From: Candidatus Binatia bacterium
GTDB lineage: Bacteria > Desulfobacterota > Binatia > UBA9968 > CAXXLF01
Assembly: GCA_963664015.2 (NCBI GenBank)
Contig: CAXXLF010000002.1
Location: forward strand, 2,016,001-2,080,000
DNA length: 64,000 bases
Direction of reading: 5' to 3'
Shown here: positions 30,886-41,218 of the stretch, one piece after another
Position numbering within the stretch: position 1 is the first letter of the stretch
Layout: every line of letters starts with the position of its first letter
Position numbers and translations under genes: made by a program
The notes under the pieces: model-generated
What the model saw: only the letters and a program-made list of their open reading frames with translations
Told to the model about the DNA's origin: nothing
Databases searched by the model: none

Positions 30886-32865
30886 CTAGAACCCGAACGG
30901 GTTAATGATCCTCTCTATACTCTCCGCCACCCCTTGCGGGGCATCTTCGTTGGCTGGGTTCTTTTTGGAGGATTTGGCCGTTTTTGTCTCTTTCTTATTG
31001 GGTGGGGTGTTCCAGGGATCAATCAGGACGGCATCGGAGAGTTTATCGGAATTCGCCGGCTGGTTCGCCGATTTGACCGTTTCCCGATTCTTCTCTTCTG
31101 TGGGGGCCGGTTTTGCTTCCCACTGGAACTGTCCCGCATCGAGCAAGAGAGGTGAGTCTGACGTGCCCATCCTGGGTCTGAGCTCCTGTGTCTCCTTTAC
31201 TGGCGGGGCAGATGCCTGAACGCTCGGAGGCGCTCCCGTCTTCGATCCCGTGCTATCCGTAGGAGTCTGCTTTTCTTCTGGAACCTCAACGCCCTTTTGG
31301 TTCAGCCCTTTGTCGATTGCCCCCAGGACCGCTGTCGTAGAGGCCTTGGTTTGAGAAGCGATTTCTTTCTTCTTTTTACGGTTCGCGAAAAGCTTGGACG
31401 AGGCCTCCGGAGGTGGAGGCAATGACATACTTTCCGATCCTTGTTTCTTCAGTCCCGTGTCGATCGCACCTAAAATCTCCTTGGTGTCCGTCGGCGGCGG
31501 CTCTTTCGGGATTTGGGATAGTTCTGGGACCGGGGAGTGAAAGACTGCTTTCTCGTCTGTCTTCTGAATTCCCCTCTGCTGCAAGGACTGGTCGATGGAA
31601 TCAATTACCGCACCCTTGGAGCCCCCTCCCTGAGTTCCCGAGCTGCTAGGGTAGGTCGCCAGCTGACTGTTGCTTTGAGCCTCATGGTTATTCTTGTCGT
31701 CGGAGGCGAATGGATTGATGGTGTCGGCCAATCGACTGAAAAACCCCTTTTCTGGCTCTACTTGGCTTTGGGCCGTCCCATTGCTCGCCCTGTTTGTGGC
31801 AGCCGTCTCCTTCTTCTGCTCCTCCATCGGTTGTTTGGGTTGTTTGCTTGACTCGTCATCGGAGGAGTCGAAGGGGTTGATGGACGCTACGAGATCGGCG
31901 AAAAACCCCTGATCTCCGTTGTTTCCATCTTCGTAATCGACTGCCTTCTTTTTCACCAGCTTCGGATTGTCCTGGCCCTGCGGTTGCCCCGCGCCATAGA
32001 GCGTCGCCGGCTGTGAAGGGATCCCAGGTGGGGGGTTGCCGTCGCGCATAAGGAGCTGTGCCAGCGGGTCGCGATCCAGGTTTTCCAGCTTGCTCAGTTG
32101 GACGCGGGCCTGCTTTGCGAGGGGATTGTCGGGGTAGTGCCTGATGATGGACTCATAGGCCAAGGTCGCCTTGACGCCGTTTTTCTCCAGCCGGTAGGCC
32201 TTTCCTAATAGGTATAGGGCCTTGACCGCTACAGGCGTGTCCAGATAGTTCCGTACAACGGATGCAAACCGTTCTTTCGCGGCTCTGTACTTCTTTTGCT
32301 TTAGGTAGAAGTCTCCAATGTAATACTCACGTTGTGCAAGGTAAAGCCGGCATCGGGCGATCTTCTCCTTCGCCTTGGGGACGTAGGGGGATTTGGGGTG
32401 CTTCTTAATTAGGGTCTCATAGTAGGACTTGGCCGTCTCTATAATCTTTTCATCCCGATCGATGCTTTTGAATTGTTCGAGATTGATCTCGCCCAGTTGA
32501 TACAGGACGTAGGGGGCCTTTTCGTTGGTCGGTTGAAACCCGAGAAATTCTTTGTATGTCTCAATGGCTTCGGCGTACTGCTTGTTCAGGTGGTAGGTCT
32601 CCGCAACTCTGAGGTCGATCTTTCGCGCCTCGGCGCTGAAGGGGTAATCGCTTCGAATCGTCGCATACTTAACTAGGGCTTTTTTATAGCTCTTCTTCTT
32701 CACGGCTTCGTTACCCTCTTTGAGCAGGGTTGCCGCGGTGGGATTGGATTCGGGTGTCGACTTCGCCCAGGGCAAGGAGCAACCGGCGATGAGCCAAAAC
32801 GAAAGCAGAAGGAAAAGGAGGGGGTAAGAATTAGAACTGTTCATCACCATACCCAGATGGACCAC
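30886..32865 (-). CDS. bamD: Outer membrane protein assembly factor BamD with a long low-complexity C-terminal extension
   Basis: Lipobox LIAGC; YPFS, FQPTNEKAPYVLY, IDRD and LAQREYYIGDFY; then ~380 aa rich in P/S/K/T/E. Confidence 0.85.
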   Translation of the reverse strand: MVHLGMVMNSSNSYPLLFLLLSFWLIAGCSLPWAKSTPESNPTAATLLKEGNEAVKKKSYKKALVKYATIRSDYPFSAEARKIDLRVAETYHLNKQYAEAIETYKEFLGFQPTNEKAPYVLYQLGEINLEQFKSIDRDEKIIETAKSYYETLIKKHPKSPYVPKAKEKIARCRLYLAQREYYIGDFYLKQKKYRAAKERFASVVRNYLDTPVAVKALYLLGKAYRLEKNGVKATLAYESIIRHYPDNPLAKQARVQLSKLENLDRDPLAQLLMRDGNPPPGIPSQPATLYGAGQPQGQDNPKLVKKKAVDYEDGNNGDQGFFADLVASINPFDSSDDESSKQPKQPMEEQKKETAATNRASNGTAQSQVEPEKGFFSRLADTINPFASDDKNNHEAQSNSQLATYPSSSGTQGGGSKGAVIDSIDQSLQQRGIQKTDEKAVFHSPVPELSQIPKEPPPTDTKEILGAIDTGLKKQGSESMSLPPPPEASSKLFANRKKKKEIASQTKASTTAVLGAIDKGLNQKGVEVPEEKQTPTDSTGSKTGAPPSVQASAPPVKETQELRPRMGTSDSPLLLDAGQFQWEAKPAPTEEKNRETVKSANQPANSDKLSDAVLIDPWNTPPNKKETKTAKSSKKNPANEDAPQGVAESIERIINPFGF

Positions 32866-33360
32866 CCGTTTTAACCGGGTTAAGCAGCCCCCTTGATAAT
32901 ATAATCTTCAAAGGGAATATGCCGAGGCTTCAAAACAAGCTCATGCTATACGACCCACCCATAGTAAGTCAAGCAGGCCAAGGGATGAGAACCTCCTCGT
33001 TCTCTTTAACGCTACCCTTAAAAACGGAAATGCGTACTCTGCCCTATATCTTTCTGCAAAAAATGGTTGCAGACCCTCTTGCTTGTTGCTAAGTTAGATC
33101 CTGCCATCAGGGCAAAAACGGCCAGAGCGGGATATCCAAGGCTGTTGACCTGGGCTGCGGGTTGACCGAAAATAGAGGAACGAGACCGCAGCTAATTTAT
33201 GGATGGAAATAGATAAGTTTATGGAGGCTTCGCCAATTTGGATCGCGTATGGCTTGCCAGGCTGGAATCCTTGGGTTCCTCTGGGTTCTGGGCTCATGTC
33301 AAAAGCAGCCCATCAGCCAGATCGTCTGCCCCACCCCCATGAATTTAATAATTTTTATGC

Positions 33361-33389
33361 TTGACAAGGGGACCGATTTTGGTTAAAAA
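33361..33389 (+). promoter_or_regulatory. Putative sigma70 promoter of the porin-like gene
   Basis: TTGACA-17 nt-TAAAAA. Confidence 0.45.
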
Positions 33390-33518
33390 GCCAAAGATTG
33401 TTGCAGAAGTGACTTTTAACGATTTACGAAACAGGAAAACCGAAAGCCGAAAAACAAAAGCAAAAACAGGGAAATTGTAGGAAATAGCGAATAAATCAAA
33501 TTTCAGGGAGGGAAGAAG

Positions 33519-34985
33519 ATGATAAAGCGACTAAGCATTTTAAGTGTACTGTTTTTGATCGGACTTTTCGTAATTGCTGCAGCTCCAACGCAGGCGGCAA
33601 ATACGGATGCGAGGATCAAGGCATTGGAAGAGGAGCTTAACCAGCTCAAGGTCGATCAGCAGGAAGTTAAGCAGGGCCAATTGCAAATGCAGGACGATGC
33701 GCTGGCGGCAATGGCAAAAAAAGGGAAATTCAGTGCCAGCCACCGGCAGGGACGCGGTGCTACGTTCAAATGGGGGGGCAAAGGCAGCGGGGAATACAGG
33801 ATCGGCTTCAAGACCCAAGCTGTAATGTCTTTCTTCCCGGATAGTAAGCTCACGAATTCACAAACCGAGGATGATAAAGGACCCGCCCAGGCGTCGATGA
33901 TTTTCCGGCACCTAGAGATACCCCAGTATTTCAAGGTCCACGATGGCCTTTATGAAATGGGATTTACCTTTCGCGGGGATACATCGCGGTCATCCCAGAC
34001 CAAAACCGAGAAGGTAATAATTAACCTTAGCAAGTTCAGCCCGTACTATCCGGACGTTAGGATCTTGGCGCTTAGTCCAAATACATACTCGCCTCAAGGT
34101 CGGGTAAGCTCCGGCTCTGGCTACGCCATGGAAAGGGCACCGGTCTTTAACGGTATACTGACTACTGGCTCAAGTAAGGGACTGGGCCTTCAATGGAGCA
34201 AGGTACCCTTTGCCAACGGAACGGCTAATATGACCCTTAACCTCCTCACTGGTAACCAGTCGTGGAATAATAAAATCGCCCGGGACCCAACGGACCAGAA
34301 GGGCGTCATGATCGGATTTTCCGCCGCTCCTTTCAGCAAGGCCAAGGGAATGGGGATACTAAAAGGCTTATCAGGGGGTTTCTCATACCTTAACACCCAT
34401 GAAGAATTAGCTCGTGACAGTCGCGGGCAGATTGGAATTTCGACCAGGGGCCGAATCAACGAGGTCGACATATTCGCTGCCAAACTCAACGGACGTATGA
34501 CTTATATGAATCCGTGGCTTGAATGGAAACAGGGGCCATTATCTTTGTCCGCCTCCTACGACCAGATGGACGGCGACAGGAATAACCTCGGGACCAATGA
34601 TGTTAACGACCCGGATGTCAGGGTTAGCAGCATCATCGTGGGTGGCGGCGCCTACATTTGGGGGCCAAAGGGCTTTATGACCGGCAGTAAAAAAGGCGGT
34701 TTAAGGTTAACATACACCCATGCCCGTAATTCGTTCGACCATGGCGTAGTTACTGATAACGATGCCGATTTCGATGATATGAAGGCATGGAATTACAATG
34801 AGAACATCTTCATGTTGAGATGGTTCCATAAGCCCAACATTAGCTACGCACTCGAGTATCAGATCAACAATATCAACCAGATGCGGGGTAGCGGTGATGC
34901 TGCAAACGCAAGAAGAGATCTTGGTGTTGGAGTAGACGGTGGAACCTACCAAATCGTGACGATAAACACGGTATGGTCGTTCTAA
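33519..34985 (+). CDS. Porin-like outer-membrane beta-barrel protein with N-terminal coiled coil
   Basis: Signal peptide, RIKALEEELNQLK coiled coil, amphipathic beta strands and C-terminal W-S-F beta signal; strong RBS GGGAGG. Confidence 0.7.
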   Translation: MIKRLSILSVLFLIGLFVIAAAPTQAANTDARIKALEEELNQLKVDQQEVKQGQLQMQDDALAAMAKKGKFSASHRQGRGATFKWGGKGSGEYRIGFKTQAVMSFFPDSKLTNSQTEDDKGPAQASMIFRHLEIPQYFKVHDGLYEMGFTFRGDTSRSSQTKTEKVIINLSKFSPYYPDVRILALSPNTYSPQGRVSSGSGYAMERAPVFNGILTTGSSKGLGLQWSKVPFANGTANMTLNLLTGNQSWNNKIARDPTDQKGVMIGFSAAPFSKAKGMGILKGLSGGFSYLNTHEELARDSRGQIGISTRGRINEVDIFAAKLNGRMTYMNPWLEWKQGPLSLSASYDQMDGDRNNLGTNDVNDPDVRVSSIIVGGGAYIWGPKGFMTGSKKGGLRLTYTHARNSFDHGVVTDNDADFDDMKAWNYNENIFMLRWFHKPNISYALEYQINNINQMRGSGDAANARRDLGVGVDGGTYQIVTINTVWSF

Positions 34986-35020
34986 TATAAGTTCTTAATC
35001 CTTTAGCTAAAAAGGGAGAA

Positions 35021-35050
35021 AAAGGGGCGCCAATATGGCGCCCTTTTTTT
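35021..35050 (+). terminator. Rho-independent terminator
   Basis: AAAGGGGCGCCA-ATA-TGGCGCCCTTTTTTT. Confidence 0.88.
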
Positions 35051-35210
35051 GTTCTCCTTATCCCGTGAAATGGAGATTAAGTATTTTTATAGTTGGAGCC
35101 GATAGGACGGCTTATTTCACGGTATTCAATTCACATCCTCATATTCGTTGCAGGTCAATTGATTTCGTTCGTTTCCCGGATTTTCTTCTACCCTGGTAAT
35201 TGGTTAGCAT

Positions 35211-35837
35211 ATGAAAAGGGCGGGAAGATTGTTTTACGGGTGGCAATATGGGTTTTCCCCGTGCCTGGATTCCTATTCCTGGATTGATATTCGGTGTCCT
35301 TGTGAGTGGGTGTACGGTTTCGAACCTGGCATGGGAGGTTCACGGTGCCCTTTTCGCCTTACGAACGGGGCATCCTAAAGCCGCGACGAGCCATTTCTAA
35401 ACGGTGGCCCGGCTCAATCCCGACTATCTAACGGATTTCACCCTTGCGAACATAGTCCCTTGGATCTACAGCGGAAGAAGCTACTCCGAGGCCGGGGAGG
35501 AAGACATGGCGCTGGCAAGCCTGGGAAAGCAAGCGATTGAGATACCAATGACCATTTTACCCGGATTCACGTGGGGTTGTTGATGTCCACGGATAGCGGG
35601 GGTAAAAACAGGAGAACTGAGTTGGAAGGGGGACTGAAAGGATTGCAGGCCTGGCTTGAGGCTGTCCGAGGCTATTGCCATCTGGATCAATACTGGGACC
35701 CGGAAAATATTATACCCAAGAGGATTGGAGAAATCCTTGCGATGCTGCAGGAGGTCGAGGTGAAATGGTAGACGGTTAGAGACAACGTTGTATAGATTGG
35801 AGCGAATTTCGATGAGCAAATTGGTGAGGTTAAGTAA
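35211..35837 (+). pseudogene. Degenerate TPR lipoprotein, probable paralogue of the downstream gene
   Basis: Pieces across frames: LVSGC lipobox, HF*TVARLNPDY, WIYSGRSY, LEGGLKGLQAWL and YWDP; several stops and frameshifts. Confidence 0.6.
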
Positions 35838-35838
35838 G

Positions 35839-36501
35839 ATGAGGACATGGATCGTAACAACGAAAGTAACAGCCGCGACGAAAACCCGTAGCTTTATAAC
35901 CCTCGGGCTTATCGTCACGGTGCTAGTCTCGAGTTGCGGATACATGAACTTTAGGCTCCCCGCATTGGGAAAAGTGGGAAAGTACGTCTCAGCCAAGAAT
36001 CTATTGTTGGAAGGTGGGCGAGCGGCAGTGAATGACGCCGTGCGGCTTCTCGAAGCACTCGCCACGGAAGACCCTTTCTATAGGGATGCCCTGACCTATC
36101 TAGGGCGGGCCTATTATAGACAGAAACGGTACCCAGCTGCCCTGCAGGTTATGCGGCGGGCCATTCTGGTTAATAAGGAAGATGAGATTGCCTGGCTTAC
36201 CATCGGTATGGTTCAGCTTAGATTGGGCGACAACCAGGCGGGGCGGGAGAGTTACAAGGGGGGAGTTGCCTTGTTGAGCAAGTTAGCCAAGGACGGGTAC
36301 CGTGGGTACGAGAATTACGACCTGAACAATCTCGTGATGGCTTCTATTCGCAGGGCCATATTTCAGGTCAAGAAAGGGGATTCGGTTAGCCCAAAAAGTC
36401 TGATAAGGGCTGGGGAATTTATTCTGTATCGTATTGACGAAGAAGAAGTTTACCAGGCTGGCGACAAGAGTATGAAGGATCAAATGGACATGAGCGGATA
36501 G
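35839..36501 (+). CDS. TPR-containing lipoprotein
   Basis: Lipobox VSSC; TPR-like ALTYLGRAYY and AWLTIGMVQLRLG. ORF is open from 35788; ATG 35839 preferred. Confidence 0.7.
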   Translation: MRTWIVTTKVTAATKTRSFITLGLIVTVLVSSCGYMNFRLPALGKVGKYVSAKNLLLEGGRAAVNDAVRLLEALATEDPFYRDALTYLGRAYYRQKRYPAALQVMRRAILVNKEDEIAWLTIGMVQLRLGDNQAGRESYKGGVALLSKLAKDGYRGYENYDLNNLVMASIRRAIFQVKKGDSVSPKSLIRAGEFILYRIDEEEVYQAGDKSMKDQMDMSG

Positions 36502-36713
36502 CGCTAAGGTCGTCAGTTTAGGATAGGGGACTCTGGCTTTGCCGTTTCTTTATCGTAGGGGGCACAGGGTAAGGAAACTTTAAATACTGAGAGATTAGTT
36601 ACCAACCTTGAGCGTATAGGGGAGGGGACATACCCCCTCACTATGACTGCTTAGTAAAATCTAAAAGTGGTCAATTTCTTCGTATAACGAATCATTGCGA
36701 GCGTAGCGAGGAC

Positions 36714-37269
36714 TTAGACCAGGCTGACGGTTCCCTTTTTCAGATTATATCGGGATCTTTTGATCTGGGTCAGATCGTAGCTAAGAAATCCGAAAACCAT
36801 CGCCGGAGCTTCCACCGCCCTCGTGGAATGAATCTTGCCAGAAAGGTAGAGGTATACTGCACCGGGTGCCAGGTGGTGCAGCTCCTTGATCTCCAGCCTG
36901 GCCTTCCCCGGTTGACCCCCATCGTCGGTACGTCGGCAGGTCGTGATCTCAATTCCCCCCCGGTAGACGCCGTAGAGGACCCAGCAGGGCCCGTGATCGT
37001 GAGGGGTATTCGTATCGAATCTTCAAGTGCCCGTGTCCCATTTGAATAAACCCATGGTCGGGATCACGGTACAGTTCCCTGCCCGGATGGGCGTTTTAGA
37101 TGAGTTGTGCCATCCAGGGTTCCTCCTGGCTGGTGGAGGTGAGGAGTTTCTCCAGCTGACCCTTGACCCGATAGGGGAGCTGAGGGTCCTTGCCGTCCCC
37201 CCAAATGGAACGGACCGCCACCGTATACTGTTCCAATGAACTGCCTTCGGTTACTGCGTTGATGGCCAT
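36714..37269 (-). pseudogene. Cysteine dioxygenase-like cupin, disrupted
   Basis: Joined frames give ELYRDPDHGF, PHDHGPCWVLYGVY, RRTDDGGQPGKARLE and GKIHST; stop at 37096-37098 plus frameshifts. Confidence 0.7.
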
Positions 37270-37336
37270 GGGAGATCCTCCAGCTCGATCAATGGTCAAT
37301 GGTAAAGAATGAGTTAAGCAAAGTTTCTCACTTCAA

Positions 37337-37435
37337 GACTTCGTCGGGAGCTCCCTTCGGGTCTGAGCCTCATAGTTCGAGTTCCTCACTATGATCCTGA
37401 GCATCGTCGAAGGATCAGGGTCGAAGATAATCGAA
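37337..37435. repeat. Nested REP-like palindromes (CTGAGC...GTCGAAG type)
   Basis: GGTCTGAGCCTCA...CAGGGTCGAAG is interrupted by ATCCTGAGCATCGTCGAAGGAT. Confidence 0.55.
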
Positions 37436-37601
37436 CGACGCCAAGCTAGCAAAGAGTTATTTACCGCAGATTTTCACCGATTATCGCAGACAAATAATGG
37501 CAAAGGGCAGAGCCAGTACTGCATAGCGCATGGCGTCTGCCCGAAGCTGGTAGATCGGCCTACGCTTAGCGCTCTGCCCTATGCGCTTTGCTGCCAGTGT
37601 C

Positions 37602-38591
37602 TTACGTATCAATAGTCGAGTCGGCAAAGAGCTCCTCCACCGGAAGCTTCCTGTCGATCAATCCCTGGTCGTGGGAGTAGCCCATAAAGCGCTCCAAGTT
37701 GTCCCGGTTGCTTTTGACTCCCAGGGGCCATGGATCCGGGCCCAGGAGGCGGCGTTCCTCTTCATACAGGTGCCGGCTCCATGCCAGGCGCGACCAGTTG
37801 GGGTCCTGGTAGTATACGTCGGTTTCCTCTTTGGCCCTTTCAAAGGCGTTCATAAGGCTCGTAGCGGCCCCGGGAAATTCTTTAAGCACTTCGTCCTTGA
37901 AAGCCAACACGTGCATGATCGGGAAAAAACCGTTATTACGGAAATAGGAGAGTTCCGCCGCCTTGGGGTCGGAGAAGAGACGCTGGATCTTGTCCGGGTT
38001 GGCGACGACTTCGCGCGAGGGATGGGGTACCATCAAGGCGTCGATCTCGCCGTCCCGTAGCATGGCCCCTATCTTTTTCCCCTCCGGGATACGCTCAATG
38101 GACACTCCGTCCTCTACCTTAAAGTCAACCGTCTCTGGGTTAGCCACGTGCCAGTGGATCTCGCGCCACGGAACCCCGTATTCGGACTGCAAGTCCCCCT
38201 TGGCGAGAACCGAAAGGGTGGTTTGGAAGGTGCTGAGACCCACCTTGCGCCCGATCAGGTCTTTGGGAGACCTGATCCCGCAAACGATATTGACCCACAT
38301 CTGCGACTGACTGAAGAGGCGCCGTGGGAAAACCGGGATTGCCGTAAACGGCATCCCCCGTGTCCGTGCCATCAGGTAGGAAGAGAGGGAGAGCTCGCAG
38401 ATGTCGAACTCCCCCTTTTGCAGCATGCGAGCGTGGCGGTCCGCCCCATGCCTCAGGGGGTGGCTCTGTCCTACCTGGAGGACTTCAAGATCTACTCCTT
38501 CGGCCTGGACCGACCCGTCGAACAAGGGGATATGACGGTCATAATGGGACAGGGCCAGGGTAAGCCTTGGGCTGGCCATTCCCTTACCCAT
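37602..38591 (-). CDS. 4,5-dihydroxyphthalate decarboxylase-like / type II periplasmic-binding-fold protein
   Basis: EFDICELSLSSY, AIPVFPRRLF, FPIMH and DPWPLGV. Confidence 0.8.
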   Translation of the reverse strand: MGKGMASPRLTLALSHYDRHIPLFDGSVQAEGVDLEVLQVGQSHPLRHGADRHARMLQKGEFDICELSLSSYLMARTRGMPFTAIPVFPRRLFSQSQMWVNIVCGIRSPKDLIGRKVGLSTFQTTLSVLAKGDLQSEYGVPWREIHWHVANPETVDFKVEDGVSIERIPEGKKIGAMLRDGEIDALMVPHPSREVVANPDKIQRLFSDPKAAELSYFRNNGFFPIMHVLAFKDEVLKEFPGAATSLMNAFERAKEETDVYYQDPNWSRLAWSRHLYEEERRLLGPDPWPLGVKSNRDNLERFMGYSHDQGLIDRKLPVEELFADSTIDT

Positions 38592-39459
38592 TCAGGTGCT
38601 TGCCAAAAAACTCTAGGCTACGACTCCAGGCCTCCTTGGCCGCCTCTGGGTTGTAGCGTGACTTTCTGTTGTCGCTCATGAAGGCGTGCTTTGCCCCCGG
38701 ATAGATCTTATAGTCGAACGACTTGTTAAACTTCTTCATGGCCGCGACGGTCTCGTCGATACCCTTGTTGACCCTCTTGTCCTCGCCGCCGTAGTGGGCC
38801 ATGACCGGGGCCTCGATGTTCTGGATGAGATCAATGGGCTTGGGGCTACGACCGTAAAATACCACCGCAGCCTTGAGGCCACGAATTCGGGCTGCGCTGT
38901 TAAAGGCCATTCCGCCTCCCCAGCAGAAACCCGTGACCCCCAACCGGTCGTCCCGTACCGAAGAGAGACTACGGAGATAGGTGAAACCCGACTCTGTATC
39001 TTCCATCACGACGTCGAGGGGTGCCAATTCCCTGATGTTTCGCAGACCTTTTCCTTCGGGGTTTGCCTTCTTCGTACCACCATGACGTGAGAGAACATCC
39101 GGGGCGAGGGCGACGTATCCCTCCTTGGCATACCGGCGGGCAATGTCCTGAATATGAGGAGTCAAACCACGGTTCCCTGATATGATAACAACGGCGGGAT
39201 GAGGTCCACCCTCTTTGGGCCGGCTCACGTAGCCAAAAACAGTTCCCGCCTTCCCCGTGTACTTGACCTCTTCGGAGACAAGGGCGGGATCATTGGGGTC
39301 TGTTATCGCTGCAGCCAGCGACGATGGGACCAGGGATTCGATTAGACTGCCAGCCACTGCCAGGCTGCCGGTGAGAAACACAGCGCGGCGTATGAATTCC
39401 CTGCGGTCGATGGCGCCCCTGTGATACTGGGCGACCAGCTCTTTAACATCTTCTGCCAT
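38584..39459 (-). CDS. Dienelactone hydrolase family protein (YghX-like, Tat motif)
   Basis: DRREF twin-arginine motif, GFCWGG nucleophile and YPGAKHAF. Confidence 0.9.
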   Translation of the reverse strand: MAEDVKELVAQYHRGAIDRREFIRRAVFLTGSLAVAGSLIESLVPSSLAAAITDPNDPALVSEEVKYTGKAGTVFGYVSRPKEGGPHPAVVIISGNRGLTPHIQDIARRYAKEGYVALAPDVLSRHGGTKKANPEGKGLRNIRELAPLDVVMEDTESGFTYLRSLSSVRDDRLGVTGFCWGGGMAFNSAARIRGLKAAVVFYGRSPKPIDLIQNIEAPVMAHYGGEDKRVNKGIDETVAAMKKFNKSFDYKIYPGAKHAFMSDNRKSRYNPEAAKEAWSRSLEFFGKHLNG

Positions 39460-39689
39460 AACGACCTCCTTCGAACCATTTTCGACAAAGTTTCTTATAC
39501 GATAACGGATAGCGGTGTTTTCAAGTTCCCCACGGGAACCCCTAAGGGTCTAATAAATAGTCGATATTTCGTTGTTGTAAGCGAGCGATTTCTATCATAG
39601 TCTGGGGCGTTAGGCAATACCATTTGAGCTGTTGCCAACCGATGGGGAAAGGTGACACAATACCGCCCCTGCCGGGAGATCCGAAACCC

Positions 39690-41073
39690 ATGAAGAAAAA
39701 ACGTTACATAATAATTATGGGCTGCCTCTTGGTCCTCATCGTAGGTTCCTTCTGGGTACGATCGCAGCTATTTGCCGTCAAAGAGCCCGGGCAGATTCCC
39801 TTTCAATTGGCTGAGGTCAAAAAAGGGGAGATCTATTCCCGGGTAAGCACCACGGGCTCGGTAAACCCGGTCCTTTCGGTAACGGTCAGTACCCAGGAGT
39901 CGGGGACGATCCGAGAGCTCCGCGTTGACGTCAACATGCAAGTGAAGAAAGGTGAGATCATCGCAAAGCTGGACCAGGATCTATTCCGCGCCGAGGTCCT
40001 TCAAGCCGAGGCCAAACTTGCTGATGCCCACGCCAACCTGGCCAAGGAAAGGGCCGGGGTCCAGATGCAAAAAGACCGGATTGCAGCCGCCATTGACGAG
40101 AGCCAAGCCTCCTTTGGGAAACTAGGGGAAGAGTACAAACGGTCCAAGAAACTCTTTAAACGTGATTTGATCTCCAGGTACGAGTTCGACAGTGTCAAGG
40201 CCGAATGGGAGATGGCCGCCTCCCGCCTCAAAGATAGCTCTGCCCGCATCGACGAGACCAAGGTCAAACAGTCCGCAATCATGTCCGCACGGGCCAAGGT
40301 GAAGATCGCCGAGGCGGAGCTGGAACTCACCGAGGTCAAGTTTTAAACGCAGCGTGATTCGCGCCCCGGTCACGGGCATGATCATCGAAAAGAACGTAGA
40401 AGCAGGGCAAACGGTGGCGGCGAGCCTCCAGTCTCCCCCGTTCGTCACGATCGCCGATCTCAGCAAAATGAAGGTGGACGCCTGGGTGGATGAGTCGGAC
40501 ATCGGGAGCATCCGGGTCGGGCAAGAAGTCCAGTTCCAGGTGGATTCCTACCCTGGCCGAATCTTTGAGGGCGAAGTAGTCAAAGTCTATCCGACGCCGC
40601 AGGTACTGAGCAACGTGGTAACCTACGATACCGAGATCCACGTGGATAACGAAGATCTGGCTTTGAAGCCTGGCATGACAGCGAACGTGACAATTATACT
40701 GGTTCGAAAAGACGATGTCCCACTGGTTCCCCATGCAGCACTGCGCATCCGCCGGCGCGATCTTCAAAAGGTCTATCCGGAGATCGGGGAAGGCAACCGC
40801 GGGGGCCGAAAGGGACGTAAAGGCAGACGAACCGGCAGTGGGGGACGACGGCGCCAGGACCGAGGAAGCGTCTGGGTCTACCGCGACGGTAAACCGGAGC
40901 GGGCCCGTATTCGTATCGGTGCCAGGGATGCCAAGAATATGGAGGTCACGGAAGGTTTGAACGAAGGGGATCAGGTGATCGTGGGGATCCGGGTCGATGC
41001 AGTGCTAGCGCAGGGGCAACCACGAAGCAGAAGGGCCTCTTGGGTTCGGCGGCGTATCCTGGGCGGCTTTTAG
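39690..41073 (+). pseudogene. macA: MacA-type efflux periplasmic adaptor, split by a 1-nt frameshift
   Basis: ORFs 39690-40346 and 40354-41073 join if one T is removed at TTTT 40341-40344; motifs GQTVAASLQSP and LKPGMTANV. Confidence 0.8.
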
Positions 41074-41218
41074 CAATCCCCCTTCGATAGGAATAAGTCT
41101 GCCCTGGGGTTCCGCTTCAAAGACAGTGGATCGAAAAAATGAAAATTTCGGATAGGCTGAAATTATCAATTTTCGCCGTGGCAAACCGGTCGTGTGGGCT
41201 TGGAATCGGGGCCAGGTT

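Noticed and set aside
40341-40348. -1 slippery heptamer TTTAAAC in macA
   Set aside because: The heptamer is not in the X XXY YYZ register, and the shift needed to restore the protein is +1.
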